Shown here one piece after another: positions 10,676 through 21,350 of a stretch of DNA of 64,000 nucleotides. This DNA is from Macrostomum hystrix (taxonomy: Eukaryota; Animalia; Platyhelminthes): the NCBI GenBank assembly GCA_950097015.1, contig CATNEN010000005.1:434001-498000 (forward strand), read 5' to 3'. The notes beneath the pieces are model-generated. The model was given only the letters and a program-made list of their open reading frames with translations, was not told the DNA's origin and ran no database searches. Made by a program: the position numbers and the translations under genes. Positions within the stretch are counted from its first letter, which is position 1, and each line of letters starts with the position of its first letter.

Positions 10676-13413
10676 TTAGGAGAACAGGTGATCAATGGTG
10701 AGCTCCAGATCGCCATTGTTCTGCTCCAGCACTCGAAGAGCCGCCTCCTCGTCGGTGATGCCCATATCGCGCAGGGCCCGCAGCTGGGCGGCAAATCTCT
10801 GCCTAGCCGGTATGAGCGTGAACGCCTGGGCCATGGCTTGCCGCAGAAAATCCGACGACACTTGACCACCGGCGGCTCCGCTAGCTGAAGCTGCCGCTGT
10901 AGAAGACGATGGACGAGAGCGGGATCGCTGCTGCTGCTGAGGCTGCGGAAGAGCCGCAGCGCCAGCCGCGGCGTCCTCTTGCTCGCCGTTGTTCTCCTCG
11001 TCCTCGTCGAGAACAGATTCGAAGTCGACATTGTAATTGGCGCCGGGCGGCATGTTTACGGAGATCTGCGAGTGAAGTGGATTGAAAATAAATCAATAGG
11101 CATTGATGGACGAGATTTCGAAGCGTAAAAGAGGATCAAGATTATTCAGTGAGCTGAAGCTGTTTTAACCTCAGATTCTTCAGTGACCTGAATCTGTTTC
11201 AACTTCCGATTCTTCAGTGACCTGAAGCTGTTTCAACTTCCGATTCTTCAGTGACCTGAAGCTGTTTCAACCTCAGATTCTTCAGTGACCTGAAGCTGTT
11301 TCAACCTCCGATTCTTCAGTGACCTGAATCTGTTTCAACTTCCGATTCTTCAGTGACCTGAAGCTGTTTCAACCTCCGATTCTTCAGTGACCTGAATCTG
11401 TTTCAACCTCCGATTCTTCAGTGATCTGAATCTATTTCAACCTCCGATTCTTCAGTGACCCGAATCTATTTCAACCTCCGATTCTTCAGTGAGCTGAAGC
11501 TGTTTCAACCTCCGATTCTTCAGTGACCTGAATCTGTTTCAACCTCCGATTCTTCAGAGACCTGAATTTATTTCAACCTCAGATTCTTCAGTGACCTGAA
11601 GCTATTTCAACCTCCGATTCTTCAGTGACCTGAAGCTGTTTCAACCTCCGATTCTTCAGTGACCTGAAGCTGTTTCAACCTCCGATTCTTCAGTGACCTG
11701 AAGCTGTTTCAACCTCCGATGCTTCAGTGACCTGAAGCTATTTTAAGCCTGTAAAGTAATTTAAAGTAATTTTAATTAAAAAATACTACTAACCGAAGCG
11801 TTAGGCATCGGATTAGGCAATCGAGCCCCTTGAGCCACCTGCTGAACCCGTCTAACCACAGTCACAATGGCCGTAGCCAGCACAGGATGCTGACGCACTA
11901 ATTGCTGCAACAACTTCGGCCTCTTCAGCATGACACCTTGCAGGCGATAATCCGTGATAATCTCTTGAGCCCGACGATCCTCGCCTAATCCGGGCACATC
12001 AGCTGCGTCTAATTGGGCAGCTGCTTTGCACAGAGCCAATAGGCCGCCAGGCATTATGGCGGCAGACTTCAAAGCTAGCATTGTCTGTTCTACTAATTGT
12101 TGGGTATTGTTCACGGCTGGTTTGTACCGATTTCTAGCTACAAAGTGTAGGCAGTGCTGCTTAGAAGCAGAATTTGGTGAGCCAGCAGATGAGGGGCCTA
12201 GCAAATCGCTTAGGCTTCGATTGAGATCCGTGTGACGAATGCCGCGATAAACTGCCACTGTTGATAAAAAATAATTCGTGGGCGTAGATTGAGAATCTAG
12301 GCATTAATAGCTAAAGAATAAATAATCTAAAGGAGATACGCAACTGGGATAGGAAAATGGTTAATCCGATTGAGGATCTGGGATATGGGGATTATAAATC
12401 TGATTGAGGGTCTAGATACTCTATCATGTTTTATAGTTAAATCCACGCTCAAAAACTATACAGTATAATGGGAATATTTTATATATTTTAGGAAATTATT
12501 TTTATTAAAACAAATGTAACGAACAAAACAGTATAAAAGGAGAGAAGTTTGATGCAAAAATATACAGTGCCAGTGAGCTTGAACAATAAGCCAATAACTG
12601 AGAATTATCTTCAAATAAGTGAAGTTGTTGTGTTAGTCAACTTTTTGTTTATATCTAGAAGACTAGAGCTGAAAAGAAGGAGCTAGTGCTCATTGTGTAG
12701 ATAAAGCAGAGATTGAGGCTGTGAGCCTCTAATCCTGGATAAACGCCCAGTAAAGACTCGAGAATAAGAGACCAGTGCATTAGAAGGATAAACCGCTTGT
12801 GCCAGTGCAAGTGCTACCTTAAGAAGACCCACAAAGTAAGATTTGTGGAGTTATAACGGCCCTTTTCAGGGCACCAGGAAAAGCAAAAGGGACAATATGT
12901 AGAATTAGAGGGAAAGAAGGAATAATATTGGCCAGAAGAATACGCTACCAAGAGAGAGGAAAAAATAGTTATAAGCCCTGTTACATAAGGATCTGGAATA
13001 TGGGCGATTATAAATCCTATTAAAGATCTAGGAGATGATCTGGGACTGAAATGTTGATAAATCTGGTTTAAGAATCTGAGATATGTGACAGGGGGATTAT
13101 CAATGGGACCAAATATCTGGGAATGGGAAGATTACCAAAATAAGGATTTAGGAATATAAACCATTTGATCAAAGTTGACAAAGAGAATGACTTTAAATAC
13201 ATTAGTGGTAGCTATAAATATCAATTATTAATACATGCACTTACCAACATTAAAAGAATCCCAATTGAAAGTTCCATTAGATTGTTGATTCCAGCAAAGA
13301 TCAAATACTTCACTCAATTTTTTATTTATTGAAACATCATTCAAGCTAGCACAATAATAATCTTTTGGTGATACTTCAGGTTTGGCCTCAAAAATACTAA
13401 CTTTTAATTCCAT
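10676..13413 (-). CDS. UBL7: Ubiquitin-like protein 7 (UBL-UBA); exons 13413-13245, 12257-11794, 11065-10676
   Basis: Phase-consistent GT-AG introns. LLQQLVRQHPVLATAIVTVVRRV resembles UBL7 MLDTLVPAHPALVNAIVLVLHSV. The C-terminal UBA AQLRALRDMGITDEEAALRVLEQNNGDLELTIDHLFS resembles PQLQQLRDMGIQDDELSLRALQATGGDIQAALELIFA. Confidence 0.8.
11145..11745. repeat. 34-bp minisatellite GATTCTTCAGTGACCTGAAGCTGTTTCAACCTCC in UBL7 intron 2
   Basis: 34-nt period (11174, 11208); each unit holds a CTTCAG/CTGAAG inverted repeat. Confidence 0.95.
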
Positions 13414-14606
13414 TGTTAGATATTAGAATATGTTTAATACTTTTTGTTTATATCTAGAAGACTAGAGCTGAAAAAATATTCACAAATAATTGATCAAATT
13501 TAATGCAAAATGATGAATGATTTAAAATACTATTCACTTCAACCATTAGATAAACAGCTAACTCAAAACTAATTGAGAGTTATATAAATATAACAAATAG
13601 CTAATAATGGGTAGCTAGCCCTCTATAATTATAGGCAAAAAATGCCACAAATTACCTAGGCAATGAAAATAAACATAAAGCTTTGTTTGGTAGGCCTTAT
13701 GTAGGACCAAGACTGCTAGGCCTAGGCACCATGATCATCAATGCTAAAGACTAAAGAGTGGTAGGGGGGAATGACTGATGATCAAGCTACTATTATTGGA
13801 TAGCTTGGGGTTAGCCAGGTAAGTAGATGTTGGGTTAGCAGGGGTTAAGGTCAAGGACAAGCTAGAATGTGATCCTGAGGGCATGAGTATTTATATTTTG
13901 AATTAAAAACATAATTAATTTTCACATAGGCCTACATACTGTGTTTTTGTGTGACTGAGTAAATCAAAGCAATTGTAAAATTTTAAATTACATAACCAAA
14001 TTTAGATAGGCCTAGTTATGCCTTAGAATTAGATAGGGGGCCTAACCAACTCAGTAAAAACAACTCTTAAGTCTTATATAATATACACATAAAATATTAC
14101 CCTGTAGCCTCTGGGCAAACCTTTGGTCTCTTGATCCAAGTTTTGAATGCTTGGATTGAAGTCATTGGGTTGGCAATCCACAATGATCTAGCAGGTGAAG
14201 TGTGAAGTTAATTAGAATACCTGAAGTATTTAATAGGATCAAGGTTTAAGAAGCCTAGCCCTGCTACTAGGTTAATTAAAAAATATTTATATTAGGAAAT
14301 AGATCTATAGGATATTTTAGATATTTAAGACACATGCATGTGACATGCATGATAAACTGCATGTTATTCCACATGTTAAACAGCAATGAAATGTGGTCGC
14401 ATCTCAAATGGCCGATCAAACTCTAATTGGCCGGATGTAAAATTTTTAACTGTTCAAACCAATATATACAGTTATGCACAAATTAAACTAATTTAGAATT
14501 TTAAACCAATTTATTTATATCGCAACAGTACAAAGGGTTAGAGTCCAATTAGTGGCTAATATTGAATAGGCCCTAAGTGTCAAAATTAAAGAAAAATAGA
14601 ACGATC

Positions 14607-15283
14607 TGTAAGAGGCTATATTTTGTATTTTTCCGTAGCTTGTATTTTACCGTAACTTCGCTTAATTCTAGGAAATTGTAGAAATTCACCGTTGTTTAAC
14701 TACGCTTTAATTTTTGTTTAAATATGCACACTCAACCCCAATTTCTTGCTATAAATATACGCGCGCTGTAAGGAGAAAAACTAACTTTCGGGAGCATAAC
14801 CCAAGTTCAAGAATAAAATATGCTGAATGCACGTGTTCTTTGAATAAAATTTGCTATAAAAGAGGAAATAACGTTGGGAATATATAAAACGTATTGGAGG
14901 ACAGTTTATTATTGAGACGATAGCAAAAGGCCAGTTTTGGATAGAAATAAATACGTTGTGTGTGTCTGGTACCCTCCAATCCATTGGAGCCTTAAAGACT
15001 GGGTGTGATTAATAATTATTAAAAGAGTAATTCTATACAGTTGAAAGTAAAAGTGTCTTACCGCTCGGGCACTTATGATTTGCTACCGCAGTAATTGAAT
15101 ATATATTAAAGTGTTATACTTCCCTATAAATTGGGAGATTTTAAACATAACGAAAGTTGACATTTAATAAGCATTTTTGCAGTGGATGAATATAAGTAAT
15201 TTATAAAGAATAACAATAAAGAGAAGGGCTTTACGATAACTATAGTGACGGCTGTGAGATTTTAATAAAAGAGCCCTACAACA
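14607..15283 (+). repeat. 5' LTR (677 bp)
   Basis: By eye identical to 22560-22881 plus 33975-34327, apart from a 2-nt indel (ACTATAGTG vs ACTAGTG). TATA-like TATATAAAA at 14881 and AATAAA motifs downstream. Confidence 0.97.
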
Positions 15284-15285
15284 AT

Positions 15286-15299
15286 TGGTGACAGCGGTG
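15286..15299 (+). promoter_or_regulatory. Primer-binding site, probably tRNA-Leu
   Basis: TGGTGACAGCGGTG lies 2 nt after the LTR end and is complementary to the remembered 3' end of tRNA-Leu (...CCCACCGCTGCCACCA) with one difference. Confidence 0.7.
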
Positions 15300-15341
15300 A
15301 AGGATTGGAAATCCAGTCAGGCACAACTAAAATAAACCGTT

Positions 15342-16256
15342 ATGGCAGGAATCAATGATGCCATTGGGCTACTAGCAGAAGAGTTGAGGAATCGTTTGGA
15401 ATTAGGCCCGATGAGGCACGTGAAAATTCAAAAATATACACCGAGTCAGGACATTCGGATTTGGCTGACAGCCTTCGATCAAAGGTGTGACACCGAAGGG
15501 ATCGAACAAGAGGAACACAGAAAGAGTGAATTATTGGCTAATCTGGACTTGGCTACTGCGTTTGCAGCAGTCCAACGATTGAACTTACCTGAAGAATTGA
15601 CCTATGATGAGTTCAAGGAGAGATTGGTGGAAAGATTTGGCCGATTGGGCAGTTCATCGGAGTTCAGAGAAGAATTTCGTGGACGACTACAAGGACGAAA
15701 TGAAGCGACTGACTCATTCGCGGATGCCCTTATTGAACTAGCATCCCGCGCATTCCCTAACATGAATGCTGAACAGCGTGAGGAGGAAGTCGTGGAACAG
15801 TTTATCAAAGGTGCCAGAGTCCCTGCAGACACCCGAGAGAAACTGATTTTCGCACAACCCGCCAGTTTGCAAGAAGCCAGACGTATGCTGAGGAGGATAG
15901 AAGCCGCCTGGCACATGTCTCATAAGAACGGCTTGAGAGTGATGAAGGGTGAACTAGGCGATGAACAGCAGACAAATCTCGAAGATCTAATCGAAAAGCA
16001 GAAGATGGAAATTAATAAACAGAGGAAGATGATTGAGACTCTCATCCAGGAGAAGAGTAAGGCAGAAAGCCAGAACAGACAACCCCAGCCGCTCATGAAG
16101 CAGCAGGTGAGGTTCCAGCAGCCATATCAGCAGTCAAGGCCTCCGCCGACTTGCTATAATTGCCGAAAAATAGGCCATATCGCGAAGAACTGTCAGAATT
16201 CAAGGCAGTATCCGCTGAAGCAGTTTGCACCTCAGAATTCCCATCAGGGAAACTGA
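15342..16256 (+). CDS. gag: Gag polyprotein with CCHC zinc knuckle
   Basis: 304-aa ORF right after the PBS; capsid-like WLTAFDQRC...LVERFG region and CYNCRKIGHIAKNC. Confidence 0.93.
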   Translation: MAGINDAIGLLAEELRNRLELGPMRHVKIQKYTPSQDIRIWLTAFDQRCDTEGIEQEEHRKSELLANLDLATAFAAVQRLNLPEELTYDEFKERLVERFGRLGSSSEFREEFRGRLQGRNEATDSFADALIELASRAFPNMNAEQREEEVVEQFIKGARVPADTREKLIFAQPASLQEARRMLRRIEAAWHMSHKNGLRVMKGELGDEQQTNLEDLIEKQKMEINKQRKMIETLIQEKSKAESQNRQPQPLMKQQVRFQQPYQQSRPPPTCYNCRKIGHIAKNCQNSRQYPLKQFAPQNSHQGN

Positions 16257-19200
16257 AGGCCGAGGGACGACAGTCGAGGCCACGCCCCTCTTGTGAACCC
16301 CAGTTCGAAACCCAGGCCTCCCAGAAATCTCGATATCCCGTGAAGTCCCAGTGTTTTTACCAAAGCGGAAGGCGTTATGCACATATTGCGTCAGCACCAG
16401 CACCTAATGCGTCAGCACCTCGACTATCAGCACCTATTGCGTCAGCACCTCGACTATCAGCACCCAATGCGTCAGCACCTCGACTAGCAGCACCTATTGC
16501 GTCAGCACCTCGACTATCAGCACCTATTGCGTCAGCACCCCGAGTATCAGCACCTATTGCGTCATCACTCAGCATGCCAGCACCCAGGTCATCAGCAGTC
16601 TCAGTGTCCGAAGAGTCAGCAATCGACGAAGCAACCGAAGAAGATTCAGCAGAGGAACTAGAGCCGAAGACTCTTGTCGGAAGGCCTGCGAAGAAAAATC
16701 AAAGGACACGTGAGAACATTTTTAAAAATTGCTCTAATATTAAACTAGAATTAGTGCAACCCGAAGGTTACGAAGCAGTAGTAGTAGGAAGCATCAAAAA
16801 GACCGATGTGAATTTTATCCTTGACACGGGAGCAAGAAACAGCTTCCTGAGTAAGTCCGTATGGACAAAGCTGATTAAGTCTGACCAGATCAAAAGCACT
16901 AATAAAAGAGTCTCCACCTTTGATGGCACACGAGTACAACTAGAAGGAGAATGCTGCATTTTTGTGAAATTTGGCGAAATCCAGGTAGAAATCGATTTCT
17001 TGTTATGTAGTCACGAGTGTGATAATATACTTGGAATGGAGTTTTTCCTCGGATACTGTGAGAGCATTAACATTGCCAACGGCATGTTAGTACTCCATGA
17101 AGGATCGTGTATCCCAATGCAGTTTACGCATCTCCCAGTGAAAGTTTGCCGTGTGTACACTCAGGAGAGAACTGTTATTCCAGCTAACAGTGCATTAAGA
17201 ATTCCTGTGCGGCTAGCCAAAGGCTCAGAATGTAATTATGGTACACCGATGACTATCGAAGTAGTTGGAGAAGGCGTAAGAGCCAAAGAGTGGACTTTAG
17301 AAATGGTCCCCACTCTTGTTACTATGCGTGAAGGCTCTGCCGTTGTCGAAATCGTGAATCGGCATCCAGTTGATGTGAAACTGGCAAAGTCCGCCTTAAT
17401 TGGTGTAGCCAAGCCTATGAAAGCTAGGGAGTTGGACTACTTCGAAAGTTCTAAGCAGGATGAATCCGAACCCACAGTGAAAGTGAATCAGACTCAGACT
17501 GTTACAGATGCTTGGATAGAGGAGGTCAGTCTTGGACCGAATCTGTCTGAAGAGCAGAAGAAATCAGTAATTGATCTAATGAAGGAGCACAGAGAGGCTT
17601 TTTCTCAGCATGAGCTTGACATGGGATTGACTCATCTGGTCACCCACGAAATATCCCTGAAGGATGAGACTCCAGTGAGAATTCCCACGAGAAGAATTCC
17701 ACCACACCTTCAAAAGCAAGTGGATGCTCAGCTTGACGATATGCTAGCCAAAAATCTAATTCGCCCGTGCTATTCTACCTATTCAACACCTTTAGTAATA
17801 GTACCTAAGAAAGATGGAACAATTAGAATAGTCAGCGACTTTAGAGTGCTAAATTCACGTGTAAATTATGTGCCATATCCGTTGCCTAATATTCACCAAA
17901 CTTTCTCTTATCTATCAGGTAGTCAATATTTTAGCAGCCTAGATTTAAATTCCGGATATTGGCAAGTGCCTATAAAAGAAGAGCACAAATTTATGACCGC
18001 ATTTTCTACCTTAACTAGGGGCCAATTCGAGTATGAAGTTATGGCCCAAGGTCTTTCTAATGCTCCGGGCACTTTTCAGCGATTAATGAATTTAGTATTG
18101 CTGGGCATACAGCATAAATTTGCGATGTCCTATATTGACGATATTGTCACTTACTCGAAAACTTTCGCCGAACATCTGGCACATTTAAAGGAAGTTTTCC
18201 AACGGTTGATTACAGCAGGACTTAAGCTGAGACCGAAAAAGTGCAATCTATTTCACCAAGAACTAAAATATCTAGGTCATGTGATTAGCACTGAAGGAAT
18301 TCGTACTGACGAGTCTAAGATTGAGGCAATCAAGACTTGGCCGAAGCCGAAAGACGTAAAGGAACTAAGAAGTTTCCTAGGTCTGTGCAACTACTATAGT
18401 CGATTTGTGAAAAATTATGCCGAAGTCGCCCACCCATTGTTTCAACTTACACGGAAGAATATCCAAAACTTCCAAGAAAAATGGAGTGCAGTGCACGACG
18501 AAGCATTTGAGTCATTAAAAACTCGGATGATGTCTACCGAAGTATTAGCTTATCCAGAATTCGTTGACGATGAGAATGTGCGAATGGTCCTCGACACCGA
18601 TGCCAGCGATGGTAGAATTGGCGCCTGCTTGGGCCAAATCCAATCTGATGGCGTGGAGAGGCCAATTGCATATTTTAGTCGGGCAATGAAAGAATCTGAG
18701 AAAAGATACCCAATCACTAGGAAAGAATTACTAGCTTTAGTAGACTCTATGAAGCACTTTAGATTTTATTTATTAGGGAAGCGATTTCTAGCTAGGACAG
18801 ATCATAAAGCAATTATTTGGCTATTAAGGCAGACAGAAGCGCAAGGCATTCTAGGTAGATGGATTGAAAGATTGAATGAATTTCAATTCGAAATTGAGCA
18901 CCGGAAAGGTACTTCCCACCAGAATGCTGACAGTTTGTCAAGGAGACCCGCTGAAATGGCAGAAGAGAAGAAGAGAGAAGAAGAGAGTGCAGAAGAGGCA
19001 GAGAGCCGCGTTTGTGCAGAGAATGGACAAGAGGCAATGACCCAGGACAGTGCTATATGCCTGACCCAGTCGCCGACTGATCCTTGTGAGGGAGAGATCC
19101 CGACAATAGATCCCATTTGCAGGATCGAGTCACTGATCTCAGGAGGAGAGAAGGAAGTAATCCAAGGCGATCTCGCCATTGACTCTAGCATTATGCAATT

Positions 19201-21094
19201 GAGTCCCGACGCCGAGGAGTTCTTTCCTAAGTCGCAGATTGAAACGCAAGAATTAGGAGAGCATAAATGTGACAAGCTTTTGACAGATTATCTGCCTTCC
19301 CCTCTGAAGCGCGAACAGATTTTAGAAGCCCAGCGTGCAGACCCAGCGATTCGCACCTTAATCGAATGGAAGCACAAAGGCTTAGACAAACCCCCATTGT
19401 CGAATGACATGAGCTCTGAGCTGAGGCAAATGAGCAAAGCATTTGAGGCAATGTTTATGGAAAGAGGATTATTAATGATTAAAGAAGAAGGAGAATTGAA
19501 GGTTGTTTTGCCCCGGTCCGTGGACATGCTAGTCTTTAGCGATCTGCATGAGAGCCCACTAGCAGGACACTTGGGACGGGACAAAACACATCAGCGAGTA
19601 AAGAAGCGATTTTGGAGACCTGGATTGGTCACAGCTATTGAAGGAATGATTGCTAAGTGCATTCCGTGTCTAGAAAGTAAAAAGGGCAATTATATCCAAG
19701 CCCCTGTGCAATCATTTCCCATTTGTGAGCCATTCCATCGCTTACACATCGATTTAATCGGCCCTGTATCTAAGGAGAGCAGGAGAGGGCACAAATATGT
19801 GCTAACTGTGGTTGACAGCACCACTAAATATCCATTTGCATTTCCTGTTCGGAATCAAAAATCAGATACAGTAATTAAACTGCTACAGGAGAGGGTATTC
19901 TCAGAGTATGGCCAATGCCATTGGATCCATACCGACAATGGCAAAACCTTCACTAGTAGGCAATTCAAGGCTTTTTGCGATCTTTATAATGTCAAACACA
20001 CGTGTACTACTCCTTACCATGCTCAAAGCAACGGGCTGGTAGAGCGCTTCAATAAGCAGGTGAAGTCCATCATTACCTGTCTTATTGAAAAGGATCATAA
20101 TGATTGGGACCTAATGATCCCAGCAGCTCTAGTTGCGGTACGCACAAGTGTGAATAAAACGACAGGTTATAGTCCACACTATCTACTGTTCGGAAGAGAG
20201 GCTGTATTGCCGATCGACAGTCAGATACAGAGTCCAAAATCTTATGCCAATTATCCATCATATGTGGCCGATCATGCTGAAAGACTGAAAGTAGCCGCCG
20301 AAATCGTTAAGAAGAAATTAGAAAAAGTAGTCGATCAGAGAGAAGAGATTGCTAAGACAACTAAATTACCTAAAGAAGTGCCGATTGGCAGTTTAGTTTT
20401 AATGAATAACCCACAACTTAATAGCGAGGAGTCGCACAAGTTCCATCGGAAAAAGCGGTCTGCATTCAGAGTACTTGAACAGATCTCTGATGTAGTTTTC
20501 AAAGTTCAAAAGGAAGAAGAAGGCGAGCTAGTAGGAAATATTATGATAGCGCATAGAGATAATTTAACTACAGTGCCCAACTCGATCAAGGAGGCAATCG
20601 TTAAGGGAAGCCACCCCAGCGCCGTGATCGAGAAGGAAAAGATAACAAATAAGAAAACTCAGCCTAGAAAGACAGGATCAAGCATTAAGGGAAGCCACCC
20701 GAGGAATCGGAATAAACAATCTGAGGAAAAGCAAACAAACCCATCAGATTCTGAGTCTGAAGACGAAGAAAGACTGATGTGGTATTGCGAAAATAGAAGC
20801 GAAGACAATGAATTGAGAGGAAGCTTATTGGACATTGGAGCTGAAGTCGAAATAGACGATATAAACAATCAGTCTGACAATGAAAACACCGAAGAAGGGA
20901 GTGAAAGCGAGAGCGAGAATGAAAGCGAGGATATTAACACCTCAGAGGAAGAACAAAGCCAGAATGGCGAAGGTGATGAATTTGCTTCGCGCCCATATAA
21001 CACAAGGAGAAGTGTTAATCCTCCAGCCAGATTTAGGGATTACTTAAAGCGTCTGTCCACAGCGATTGCGTGGCTTAGTAATATTCAATACTAA
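16160..21094 (+). CDS. pol: Pol polyprotein (protease, RT, RNase H, integrase), probably entered by frameshift at ~16253
   Basis: FILDTGA (protease); LDLNSGYWQ and SYIDD (RT); LDTDAS...ELLAL...TDHKA (RNase H); HxxxxxxH...CxxC, HIDLIGP, TDNG and NGLVERFN (integrase). No stops over 1644 codons. Confidence 0.97.
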   Translation: MPKNRPYREELSEFKAVSAEAVCTSEFPSGKLKAEGRQSRPRPSCEPQFETQASQKSRYPVKSQCFYQSGRRYAHIASAPAPNASAPRLSAPIASAPRLSAPNASAPRLAAPIASAPRLSAPIASAPRVSAPIASSLSMPAPRSSAVSVSEESAIDEATEEDSAEELEPKTLVGRPAKKNQRTRENIFKNCSNIKLELVQPEGYEAVVVGSIKKTDVNFILDTGARNSFLSKSVWTKLIKSDQIKSTNKRVSTFDGTRVQLEGECCIFVKFGEIQVEIDFLLCSHECDNILGMEFFLGYCESINIANGMLVLHEGSCIPMQFTHLPVKVCRVYTQERTVIPANSALRIPVRLAKGSECNYGTPMTIEVVGEGVRAKEWTLEMVPTLVTMREGSAVVEIVNRHPVDVKLAKSALIGVAKPMKARELDYFESSKQDESEPTVKVNQTQTVTDAWIEEVSLGPNLSEEQKKSVIDLMKEHREAFSQHELDMGLTHLVTHEISLKDETPVRIPTRRIPPHLQKQVDAQLDDMLAKNLIRPCYSTYSTPLVIVPKKDGTIRIVSDFRVLNSRVNYVPYPLPNIHQTFSYLSGSQYFSSLDLNSGYWQVPIKEEHKFMTAFSTLTRGQFEYEVMAQGLSNAPGTFQRLMNLVLLGIQHKFAMSYIDDIVTYSKTFAEHLAHLKEVFQRLITAGLKLRPKKCNLFHQELKYLGHVISTEGIRTDESKIEAIKTWPKPKDVKELRSFLGLCNYYSRFVKNYAEVAHPLFQLTRKNIQNFQEKWSAVHDEAFESLKTRMMSTEVLAYPEFVDDENVRMVLDTDASDGRIGACLGQIQSDGVERPIAYFSRAMKESEKRYPITRKELLALVDSMKHFRFYLLGKRFLARTDHKAIIWLLRQTEAQGILGRWIERLNEFQFEIEHRKGTSHQNADSLSRRPAEMAEEKKREEESAEEAESRVCAENGQEAMTQDSAICLTQSPTDPCEGEIPTIDPICRIESLISGGEKEVIQGDLAIDSSIMQLSPDAEEFFPKSQIETQELGEHKCDKLLTDYLPSPLKREQILEAQRADPAIRTLIEWKHKGLDKPPLSNDMSSELRQMSKAFEAMFMERGLLMIKEEGELKVVLPRSVDMLVFSDLHESPLAGHLGRDKTHQRVKKRFWRPGLVTAIEGMIAKCIPCLESKKGNYIQAPVQSFPICEPFHRLHIDLIGPVSKESRRGHKYVLTVVDSTTKYPFAFPVRNQKSDTVIKLLQERVFSEYGQCHWIHTDNGKTFTSRQFKAFCDLYNVKHTCTTPYHAQSNGLVERFNKQVKSIITCLIEKDHNDWDLMIPAALVAVRTSVNKTTGYSPHYLLFGREAVLPIDSQIQSPKSYANYPSYVADHAERLKVAAEIVKKKLEKVVDQREEIAKTTKLPKEVPIGSLVLMNNPQLNSEESHKFHRKKRSAFRVLEQISDVVFKVQKEEEGELVGNIMIAHRDNLTTVPNSIKEAIVKGSHPSAVIEKEKITNKKTQPRKTGSSIKGSHPRNRNKQSEEKQTNPSDSESEDEERLMWYCENRSEDNELRGSLLDIGAEVEIDDINNQSDNENTEEGSESESENESEDINTSEEEQSQNGEGDEFASRPYNTRRSVNPPARFRDYLKRLSTAIAWLSNIQY
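16247..16253 (+). promoter_or_regulatory. -1 ribosomal frameshift slippery heptamer G GGA AAC
   Basis: X XXY YYZ motif in the gag frame immediately before the gag stop; pol is in the -1 frame; a GC-rich GAGGG...CCCTC stem follows. Confidence 0.8.
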
Positions 21095-21159
21095 ACACCA
21101 AGTCAAAAGGTGCGAAGAATCGAACAATGGGTAGGGAACAAAACAAGGGAAATCTCGGC

Positions 21160-21275
21160 TAACCAATAGGAATTGTTTTAGTAGGGGTTCGGGAGCCGAG
21201 AAGTCATTGGACAGCGCGGGAAAATCAGGGCAGCCAATAAGGGGAGGTTTACCCCATTTTTCGCGCCTATATAAC
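21160..21275 (+). promoter_or_regulatory. Putative internal promoter: 3 CCAAT boxes, 2 E2F-consensus sites, TATA box
   Basis: CCAAT 21163, ATTGG 21206, CCAAT 21234; GCGCGGGAAA (reverse TTTCCCGCGC) 21214-21223; TTTCGCGC 21259-21266; TATATAA 21268-21274, about 80 nt upstream of the ORF3 ATG. Confidence 0.65.
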
Positions 21276-21350
21276 GGAGACCTCCTAGGCGGAGAAAGAA
21301 GCATATATCACCTCGTTCTGAGCCAAATATATCACTCGTGTTGAACAGTA

